Positions 50,010 through 59,244 of a DNA stretch of 59,244 nt are shown here, one piece after another. The notes beneath the pieces were generated by a model. That model saw only the letters and a list, made by a program, of their open reading frames with translations, made no database searches and was not told the DNA's origin. Position numbers and translations under genes: made by a program. This DNA comes from Chara braunii. Taxonomy: Eukaryota > Plantae > Charophyceae. How positions within the stretch are numbered: the first letter of the stretch is position 1; every line of letters begins with the position of its first letter. The stretch spans positions 3,367,121-3,426,364 of the forward strand of contig BFEA01000040.1 of assembly GCA_003427395.1 (NCBI GenBank), given 5' to 3'.

Positions 50010-51005
50010 ATGCCACACTGCAGAGGGCAGTGTTGGACGACGTGCCGCCGAGAAGGCTTCATCGCTGTCTGCTTGCTGCGAGGAAGACAATTTTTAGCGG
50101 AAGGCTTCAGTGCAGGGTTGAGGCTCTCTCTCTGCGGTACACGGGGAGGCTGCAGTGCGGAATCTTTACACCGGTGTCGGCTATGGGGGAAATCTTACGA
50201 GGAGCTCCTCCAATCCGACGGCGGGCCTGACGGTGCTGGACAGCTGTCGTCCGGCATGCATGGTGTGCATGGTATGCAGCCATCGTGGGGATATTCTGAT
50301 GGCACGACAAGCGGGGACGACGATCTGTTCACGCCGCCAGCCTCTGAGCTGCCCACGCAGCAGCTTTCAACACCATCAGTGTGCAACATCACCAGCGCTT
50401 GTAACACTATGATGGGAGGTCATACTCCTTTGACTCCTCGCTCTCTGTTGGGGGAGGGGACGCATGTGGGGGTGGATGCAGTGTTCACCTCTGTGGCACA
50501 GTACATGACGCCGAACATGCCTGCTGGTTTTCAGAACGCCCAGTCTCGTGGGCCGCTGCCGTCACCAGGTGGATCAGGAGATGATGATGAAGCTTCTGAG
50601 CCTTCTAATGGAGGAGGGAAGAAAGGGAGGGGTAGTGGCTGGGATCGCAGCCTCCTCATTGCTCTTATAGAGGCAAAGAGGCTGGAGGCGATTGACCCAG
50701 AAGCACACAAATTGGCTCTTATAGAGGCGAAGAGGCTGGAGGCGATTGACCCAGAAGCACGCAAATTGGACGGTGGGCCGTTGAAGTGGGAGGTGGTAGC
50801 GCGAGCAGTGATGAGGATCAGCGGAAGAGCAACTGACAAGACTGCTGCTTCGTGCAAGAAGAAGTGGAATGAGCTGACGTCGAAGTACAGGCAGATCTTG
50901 GATTCGAACCTTCGGTCTGGGAAGCCGAAGTACTGGGAGATGACGCCTGCAGAAAGGAAAAATGCGAAGCACGCGGAAGGAAGAACGAAGGACATTCTGC
51001 TATGA
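50010..51005 (+). CDS. Myb/SANT-like (trihelix or Harbinger ORF-type) DNA-binding protein, truncated
   Basis: GWDRSLLIALIEAK...KWEVVARAV...KTAASCKKKWNELTSKYRQI...YWEMTPAERK; 18-aa internal duplication; stop codon lies in a hAT end. Confidence 0.8.
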   Translation: MPHCRGQCWTTCRREGFIAVCLLRGRQFLAEGFSAGLRLSLCGTRGGCSAESLHRCRLWGKSYEELLQSDGGPDGAGQLSSGMHGVHGMQPSWGYSDGTTSGDDDLFTPPASELPTQQLSTPSVCNITSACNTMMGGHTPLTPRSLLGEGTHVGVDAVFTSVAQYMTPNMPAGFQNAQSRGPLPSPGGSGDDDEASEPSNGGGKKGRGSGWDRSLLIALIEAKRLEAIDPEAHKLALIEAKRLEAIDPEARKLDGGPLKWEVVARAVMRISGRATDKTAASCKKKWNELTSKYRQILDSNLRSGKPKYWEMTPAERKNAKHAEGRTKDILL

Positions 51006-51398
51006 AACACCTGCGGACCGGGTCCGATCTCGGATGGCGGACGCAGATGGGGCTGCGTCCGCGGCCAACCTGCTCCGCGCCGCGGACCTGATTTTACCAG
51101 AATTTTCCTGAATTAAATAATAGGTTAATATATATGTATATATGGGGCTGTAGGGAATTTTAAGCCCTACAACCCCTTTTTTTTTTTTTTGGAATCCGAC
51201 TTTGTTTAGGATTTTTTAAAAATCAAAAACTAAATTCGATTTAAAGAAAATTAAAAATACATATATAAAGAAAAGCTGGATTTTTTTTTTAATCATTTTT
51301 TATCACGAGATATATGGTCCCTGAGCTCACCTGTATTTTTTTAGAAACGAATTTCTGTTTTTTGCAGGGGTATGAGGTGTTTTAAAAAAATGCAGATG
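51000..51398. mobile_element. Non-autonomous hAT end and AT-rich internal sequence
   Basis: Starts CTATGAAACACC with GCGGAC subterminal repeats, as at 40798 and 32101. Confidence 0.75.
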
Positions 51399-51478
51399 AT
51401 ACCTTTCTCGGCCTTTTGGCTAAGATCAAGTGTAGTATCTGTTCTGATCAGTTTAATATCTGATCCGTTGTCCATCAG
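51399..51478 (+). pseudogene. U2: 3'-truncated U2 snRNA retrocopy with poly(A)
   Basis: ATACCTTTCTCGGCCTTTTGGCTAAGATCAAGTGTAGTATCTGTTCTGATCAGTTTAATATCTGAT then A tract; no Sm site. Confidence 0.93.
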
Positions 51479-51772
51479 AAAAAAAAAAAANNNNNNNNNN
51501 NNNNNNNNNNNNNNNNNNNNNNNNNNNNNNNNNNNNNNNNNNNNNNNNNNNNNNNNNNNNNNNNNNNNNNNNNNNNNNNNNNNNNNNNNNNNNNNNNNNN
51601 NNNNNNNNNNNNNNNNNNNNNNNNNNNNNNNNNNNNNNNNNNNNNNNNNNNNNNNNNNNNNNNNNNNNNNNNNNNNNNNNNNNNNNNNNNNNNNNNNNNN
51701 NNNNNNNNNNNNNNNNNNNNNNNNNNNNNNNNNNNNNNNNNNNNNNNNNNAGAGAGAGAGAGAGAACAGCTA

Positions 51773-51821
<49 letters not shown>

Positions 51822-52367
51822 CGCTGTCGCACTTTTTCCAGTCGAGCCACTTCGGGCGACTAGAAAGCCAATAGGCTGTCACGCAAAGTTTTGTATGTGA
51901 TTGCAATAAATAAAATAAATTAAATAATGCAAATCCCTTCCTGTTGTGTGCGTCCGGCTTCGAGCGAAACCCTTCAATTGCGGTCTTCGCCGGTACACTC
52001 GGTCTTAGGAATCTTTTATTTTGATTCAGAACAGTAGAGAATCATGCAAATAATAATAATCATAAAAATTGTGGAGTGTCAAGCATGCGTCAATTATGTC
52101 AATCTGATTTTGAGAACTGTGACAGAATCATCCACGATTGCAATCATAAGGCAAGGACAATGCATGAAGCAGGACTGACTGACTCGAACAATGACAGGAG
52201 CAAATGAATGAGGGAAGAATGAAAACTTATAATAGTCTCAATGAGTACATATAGAAGAGAGCATGGCCAGCACCAATCAAGAGTCCTCACTCAACCCTCT
52301 GAACTTCACTCTCCATCTGTCACTTTGCTGCCTGTCATCTGGGCTTCTTGCCATGTTTCCGTACTTT

Positions 52368-52988
52368 CTAAGATTGTGGCTTCTGAATGTAGAGCCACCT
52401 GAAGCCCACTAATTCCAAACAATTCCAGCCAAGTCCCATGATACGGAAGTGAAGCATAGCACAAAATTTCTCCCATAGAGTGGGGAGATAGGGCTGAGAA
52501 AAAATGCCCCTTCTAAGATGTGGGAACTCAGAGGGTTCTGTCACCGCCTCGTAGTCAATCTTTGCTGGCGATACGTATCTCTTGGCCAAGTCCACCAGTC
52601 CACCCCAGTAAGAGCCGTCAGTCAGATAGTATGGGACCGACGGTTTGGTATAGTCAGTGAAAAGCTTAGGGCCGAAGTTATAGACTAGCTTTATGCTCCC
52701 CTGGACCCTCTCAGCTTTCCATTGCACGAACCCGGCTGTTGCGGCCCACACTGCATCAAAATGAGGGTGTTTCTCATTCCCCTTCTTCAGAAAGATCCGC
52801 AGATCGCTTACTGTACCCTCAACGAACTCAGTAAGGACAATGAAGATAGGCAGATCTTCACGCTTGAATCCATCGATACTAACATACTTGTAAGGGAAAC
52901 TCTCTTTGGCTGCAATCACGTTGAGGCTGTCAAGGATCGACTGGTCTACTGTAATGGGGTTGATCTCTCTCATGTATTCGGCAAACAA
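52368..52988 (-). CDS. Hypothetical protein (206 aa), globular-looking, family not recognised
   Basis: Open frame with normal amino-acid complexity. Confidence 0.35.
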   Translation of the reverse strand: MFAEYMREINPITVDQSILDSLNVIAAKESFPYKYVSIDGFKREDLPIFIVLTEFVEGTVSDLRIFLKKGNEKHPHFDAVWAATAGFVQWKAERVQGSIKLVYNFGPKLFTDYTKPSVPYYLTDGSYWGGLVDLAKRYVSPAKIDYEAVTEPSEFPHLRRGIFSQPYLPTLWEKFCAMLHFRIMGLGWNCLELVGFRWLYIQKPQS

Positions 52989-53138
52989 TTACTCCCACAT
53001 AGGAAAGGAAAAAGAGACTGTGCTCGATTCGTTGAAATCCACTGTCTTAGTGTCTCTTGAATATTGTTCTGGATACTACCCTGAACGCTGTTCTCCAAAT
53101 GCTGCTTCTGAAAACTGTTTTCTGGTTGCTGTTTCCGG

Positions 53139-53240
53139 TTGTTGTTCTGATAACTATTCAAATTGTTGTTCTGATAACTGTTCTGATTGTTGTTCTGATT
53201 GTTGTTCTGATTGTTGTTCTGATTGCTGTTCTGATTGCTA
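53139..53240. repeat. 12-bp tandem repeat (TGTTGTTCTGAT)n
   Basis: Direct reading. Confidence 0.85.
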
Positions 53241-56200
53241 TCCGAGAAACTGAATGTTGCTGATTAGAGAACCGATTGACCGCTGATCAGAAAAATGATT
53301 GACTGCTGATAAGAAAACCGATTATTACTGATTAAATGCTGATTTGAAAAACTGAATGATGTTGAGACTGCTAGTAACAAGTCATCGTGCCATGTGTTGT
53401 GACAGATACCAGAGACTGATCTCTAGGACTGTATAAGAAGAGTAGGTCTGTGATGATTGTCTCCGCTTATAAGTCTCGAGCGGTTTGAACTGAGGATAAT
53501 CAGTTTGACTTCGACTAAGGGTCTGCTTGAGTGTTGTCTGGATGCTGACTGAATATCGCCTGAGTATTTGTCTGAGTGTTTGCCTAAAAGTTCGCTGATA
53601 TTTTAAACACCCAATAGCTGATTCACTCATACTGCGAGATGGAACAACAAAAGCGTTGAGGATGCTTCCCGCTCAGATGCTGATAGATCTTTTGGAAGGG
53701 TGATTCAGGCACTATTGGATTCGTGCGAGCTCTGTTCTGGCTCGTTCCACAGTCTCCAACGAGGAACTGATGTTGTGCTCTTTGTTGTCATGCCCGTAAA
53801 AGTAAATTACATACTCAATGTACACCTCACCGGTCATCATTTGAACTGCATGCTCACGCTGAACTACTCTGTGTATTTTCATGACTTGGCAAGCTTTTTC
53901 CTCTCATCCTTCTCTTTTGTCCTTGTTTAATCTGCTCTTCACCACTATAACCTCCCCCTTTTCATGACTCCTCCGCACTCAGAGATTCAACCATGGACCA
54001 TCTAATACACAGAGAACCCAAACATTTACACAACCCTGAGTGGAAAGTTACTTCTCAGCTGGATCGTTCAGGTTAATACATCTTTCTAGTGACTGTAGAG
54101 GCACTCCTGCATTGACTAAATTCCTCAGTCTTTCGTCTCACTGAAGAGATATCAGATCCGCTTACTGATAACTAGTGGAAGAGGAGATTTAGGTGATGGC
54201 ATTTAGCGTCTGCTCACGTAACCAACAGTAAGTGAAACACCTCCAGAACACTGATACCGAGACTGAAGCCACGTCGGGCGCTATGCGAACCTTAGTTATG
54301 CTGGTTAGTGAAAATTGTGAAAATGACTGTTCTTAATTGTCGGTCGACACTGATGTAGTAGATGGATCTACTGATGATAAATCCCTGAATACCACTGATG
54401 AAGCCTGATGATACCCTTGTATGTTTGACTACTGTTTTCATGGAGACTTCAATTTTGCTAGCGTCAGGTCATGCCAGATGTTCTTAATGTATTTTTCTCA
54501 GTTACCTCTTTTGTCCAGATGAGGAGCCCAACGCATCCGAATCAAGCCATTTTTGTATGGTGCACCAGGGTCTGCTCGACCGGACCCGAGAGGGCAAAAT
54601 TTAATTTGGTCAGTAATGACTAGAATCAGGTAAGCGATTTTGGTGAAATAAGTCATATAGCATCCAGACTCATGTAGTACCCAGGCTCATGTAGTACCCA
54701 GGCTCATGTCGTACGCAGGGTTTTTCCACTGTGTGAGCACCCTGGATAAGAGTTTCAACCCCAGGTAGATGGAAACAAGACCCATGCACCTTTTCATTCA
54801 ATTACCCAACAGGTAATTCGAACTACGTACGATGACCCACTCTGGGCTTAGAAACACTCGGGCTCAACGCTTTGGCTCAGCACCGCAGCCTTTCGCAAGA
54901 AATAGAGTCTGAGTGCAATTTGTGTTTCCATACATCAGATATCACCTTCATCAACGATTGAGGCAGAAAGGAGTCAGTAGAGCGGCCTTACCAGTTGGTT
55001 GGGCATAATTCACAAGCTTGTTTGAATACTAGCACGTGACTGCATACTAGCACGTGACTGCATACTAGCACCTCCCCTTCCCTTTTGTCGAGAGGATCTT
55101 GGTGAGTTTTACTGAAGCCCACTTTTGGCAGAATACGGAGTCATCAAAATAAAACTGGTTTCCACCAAAACTAAACTTCTAATCAGATAATCTTTAGAAA
55201 CATAGTTTACCATTAACCGTGGTTCGCGTTACCTAAGAGTCTGACCACTGTATCTAATGCTTATCAAGCAGATATTTAATTATCAGAAAAACTATCTTCC
55301 GTATCACGGACCGTTTCTTTCTCATTGACCACGACAATGGAAAGGTGGTCGGAGTCAGAAGGCAGCACTCGAGCTGGGCTTTGAACACTAGACCAGCTCG
55401 TGCGGCCTCTTTGCTTCACTTTTGCAATGTCATCGACTAACCTCTCCGAGGAGCTCAAGACGACCGACTCCCATTCTGTACTTTTTCCTTTTGCTTTTGC
55501 TTGTAGACTCTTACCCCTGGGCATCTCTATGTCTGCAAGTCAGAGCGATTGTGCGCAGGCGGGGAATCTCACACGCCTGTCTGTTCTTACATCCCGCCAG
55601 TTAGTACAATCACACGTCCACTTGCGTGCACGCCCCTTCTTTCGTGACTGTCTCAGCTCGTACCATTATTTGTTCTTAGTTTGATTCAAATGAAAAAAAA
55701 TAAACACCGAGCTTTTCAGGTAATAGCCCTTCTCATTCTCAGTTTATTTCAAGTTATGCAGGACGCAGGTCAAAACAAGACAGCCAAAAAGGGAGAAAAC
55801 AGGGAATTTCCTCACTTCAAAATTTCCCCCAACCTGCCCAATTGCAATCACACATATGAACGATAAACAAACTTAGTTTGATCATACGATACAACTAGCA
55901 GTATTTCCCAGGGTAATCTTAATATCTCGGTCTTACCCGATCATGGAAGCAAGATCGCTGAACAAAAAGATGAAGTCTTCATATGGGACCAAGCTTTAAC
56001 ACGAAACTTGAGTCTTGCCAAGTAGTACTATTAAGTTCCAAATCATACAGGCTCGGATACTCAAAGATACCGTAGGCATCAAATCATCACTTCACTCAGT
56101 GTCCCTTTCGATTGAACTTAGATCAACCGTGTTAACTCATGCTTTCGTTTCTCTCCTCACTGTCAGAGGACTAAACTCTTAACACCTGAGCAGAGTCTTT

Positions 56201-57128
56201 ACAGAGGCTCGTTGGTTCACTTGACAGTTGTCCAGAAACAACCAAAAAGTGAACGAGAAGGACCACTCATCAACACCAATTAGGAAACCTGTTCCTATTC
56301 CAACAAAAGACTTACTTCATGTCTCTCAGTCTAACTCCAAATACTAGACCAGTTAGCCACGATCATTTTCCTCTTCCTCCCATCCTCTAAACTTTACACA
56401 TCGCCCATCAGATGAAATCAGACAGTCATAACAACGACTCGTGACTTCACGACTAAATCTCGTTTTGCTGCTATGCACAGACACACTAAACTAGAGCACC
56501 GGAATGCTACCAGTGGCCGTTGCTAGCAGACCCAACCCGCTCTATTAATCAAGTGAACGCTGGTCAAACTCCGCTCGGGTCGCTTTCAGGTTTGGCGCAT
56601 CCGAAGGTATTTACGTCAACCGCTGATTTGCAGGTATGATCCCTCTCACGAGTGTCGTCATCAGCCTCTCACTCAGGCCCTTTAGTCTCACTAAGAAAGT
56701 CTGAAGCTCCCCCTTCTCTTCTCTAAACGCCAATGCTAGTGACGTCAGCCGTGATGAGCGAGTTCATGTCTTGCCTGACTCTTCTCTCTCTCTCTCACGC
56801 CTTTTCCCCTGATCCCTCTTCACGGCGCGCCAAAACAGCCCCTCGTATATGCTGCGTGTCGCGTTGTCGCACGCACCTTCTCTCTGAGTCCTACGCAGAG
56901 CAACTCTTGCGTTTCTGCTTACTTGGTGAACCAACCATTTGACGTCCACCTGTCTCGTTCTATGACCTTTCCTGTCTTACTTCCCCCACTGGCCAGTCCG
57001 CGTACCGCTCGCACCACGTATAGACCGTGCAAGGTGTAACCGCCTCGCGCTTGCCTGTCTCCCCTTTCGTTGACCTCTTCTCCCTTCCCCGGGTTGCCAC
57101 GTGTAGCCCCCATTTTTCGCCAGATCAC

Positions 57129-57668
57129 TCACACCCCTTTTCCTGTCCCCCGTCCTCTGGGACTCCACTGCCGCCCGCTGGTCTCAGCCCCGCTACCCCT
57201 TGGTCGTGCCAGCGGGTGGTTCTTGCAGACCTGGCCTGGCCTGTTCCAGGACTGAAGGTCCGTCCCCCGATCTCCCGCCTCGCTTATTTCGCTCTCCCCA
57301 CCTGAGTCCCAGTCCTGATGGGTTTGTTCCCTGTCCGCTGTGTCCATCGAGGTCTCGGGCTCATGATACAAGACCGTTACCTGCATTTTCGCTGTCACTC
57401 CGTCCCTCCTGCATCGCCTCTCCACACGATCCTTTGCCTTCGTGATCGCGTCCCGCAGTTTCGAGTTAGTCCGCATCTCCACCTCCTTAGCTCCTTCTGC
57501 GTTGATCTTCAGCCTCAGTATGTCCCCTCCATCGTAGTTAAGCATTACTGTGATCCAGGGCCCTTCCCCAGACAGGGGTTTCCACCGAGCCTGGTGGTAC
57601 CTATAGCTGGGCCTATAGTCGTGCAGCGCCGTAGCTACTCTTAGAATAGCTAGAGCCCACTCACACAC
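57129..57668 (-). CDS. Hypothetical protein (179 aa), possibly retroelement-borne
   Basis: Open frame ~300 bp downstream of a PBS-like TGGTAGCAG on the minus strand. Confidence 0.25.
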   Translation of the reverse strand: MCEWALAILRVATALHDYRPSYRYHQARWKPLSGEGPWITVMLNYDGGDILRLKINAEGAKEVEMRTNSKLRDAITKAKDRVERRCRRDGVTAKMQVTVLYHEPETSMDTADREQTHQDWDSGGESEISEAGDRGTDLQSWNRPGQVCKNHPLARPRGSGAETSGRQWSPRGRGTGKGV

Positions 57669-58473
57669 AAATAGCTCGCCTCAAGGTACCACTCCGTTCT
57701 CCCCTCCTCCCTCAGACCACTAGCGTCAGAAGGACAAGGCAGTCTGAGCACCTCTATCGGCTAGCAGCACGGCTTTTTCTCAGCCTTTATGGAATCACTA
57801 TGTATCGAAGTCCCTGCGCTGTAAACGAGGTACCTAATCCGCCTCCCAGACTCTTCTTTCTAGTGATAAATTCTCGAGACTAGGAGATAACTAAAACAAA
57901 TAAATAAATAACAAGAAAACCCGAAAACCCCCAATCTCAAACGATCATGGCGCGGGCAGACCCTGCTACCAATTCCCAGTCCTCTCATCATGTCATGTCA
58001 TGACTGTAAGCTCGGCGTGGTGGTCCCATAACGGGATACCAACGTGAGTTTTCTTTCTTTTAAAACTCATCGTCGGTCTGTTGCCGTTGGGTACCCGCGT
58101 CCGATGGCAAGGAGGGGGCTTATGACCCTCTACGGGGGGGTGATAGGCTCCCTACCAATGCGGCCGCGGGTCGCCCCTCTTTTGAGGTTTTCTCCACGCG
58201 ATGCTCGGCCAGGCAGGTCTGACACAGGCGGTTTTACGAGGGGTCGGCCAGCCTAGGCCGTCAGAGTAATCACAACTCAAAATCGAACCGACGGCCTCCC
58301 CACCGAAGTGACAGAGGCCGAAAGGAAAAGTCGCATCTGGGAAATCAAAGATACTAATAACAAAAAAAAATAAAATAATAATCATAATAATCTCTAATAC
58401 CCTAAAGGAAAACGCGGGTCTCACGTGGGCCCGACACCGGCGGTGGAGGCAAGGTCCCAGATGTGAGAAATGT

Positions 58474-58755
58474 GGTAACGGTGTCGTGGTACGACCTGAG
58501 CGGCGCAGCGGTTTGGAGGCAGGTCGGCGGGCGGTCAGGGGGCGCAGGGGGACGGTACCAGATGAGGCAGGTCGACGGGCGGTCTGGGGGCGCAGGGGGA
58601 CGGTACCGGATGCGAGAGATGCCGCGGTCCCACGTGCGACAGCGGCTGCGGAGCGGCATCGTCGTAACGGTATCGTGGTACGACCTGAGCGGCGCAGCGG
58701 TTTGGAGGCAGGTCGACGGGCGGTCTGGGGGCACAGGGGGACGGTATCGTGGTAC
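58474..58755. repeat. GC-rich internal direct repeats
   Basis: GTAACGGT.TCGTGGTACGACCTGAGCGGCGCAGCGG block twice; GGCAGGTCG.CGGGCGGTC.GGGG three times. Confidence 0.8.
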
Positions 58756-59178
58756 AAATTCATGCCGCGATTCACCCGAGCGGCGCAGCGGCCAGGGGGG
58801 GCGTTGTGATCACTGCCAGGCAGCCAACATGTATGCGTGGTGTGGCGATGACTGACTCATCGCGCCGTCGCGGGGGAAGGGAACGTGGCATTGAGACAGC
58901 GAGCGGTGCGCGCATGTGTGGTATAGATAGTCTATGTGGGCGGGGAGATCGGCAAGTGATCCGCTCCAGTGTGGCAGTGTGTCTTTGAGTGTGTGTGGGA
59001 TTGGGAGTGGTGGGTGCATGTGTGATCGAGAGTGGCGAGAGCCGGAAAACGCGAGAGAGCCGAAGAACACCGACCGTCGGTGACATTGTCAAGATGGCTG
59101 ATCAAGGTACCGTGCATGTCTCTCTCACTCTCTCTCTCTCTCTTGCTCTCTCTCTGCCTCTCTGTGTCTTTTTCTTTT

Positions 59179-59244
<66 letters not shown>

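Noticed and set aside
30110-51478. Functional U6/U2 snRNA genes
   Set aside because: Truncated or mutated, followed by A tails, with TE-derived upstream sequence instead of a USE/TATA promoter.

Overview
Eukaryotic, transposon-saturated draft-assembly DNA with many N gaps, (CT/AG)n and poly(A/T) tracts, and Nextera mate-pair adapter remnants. Plant-type U2/U6 5' ends and the repeat landscape suggest a green plant or charophyte alga such as Chara (inference). No intact housekeeping gene is visible. Recognisable elements: a Penelope-like retroelement with direct terminal repeats in a (CT)n tract (95-5581); a decayed hAT transposase and non-autonomous hAT copies; Ty3/gypsy and L1-type LINE fragments; many PIF/Harbinger and Mutator MITEs, several with readable TSDs; an Hsp70 ATPase-domain pseudogene; and a Myb/SANT (trihelix-like) ORF truncated by a hAT end. 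Most notable: (i) six U2/U6 snRNA-derived fragments, including an inverted U6 joined head-to-head to a LINE 3' end with a tail on each side; (ii) a dispersed, unannotated family of Gly/Glu-rich C4 zinc-ribbon ORFs (about 6 loci), two of which form a hairpin with ~1.3-kb arms that ends exactly at a U6 retrocopy; (iii) poly(A)-only insertions flanked by TSDs.
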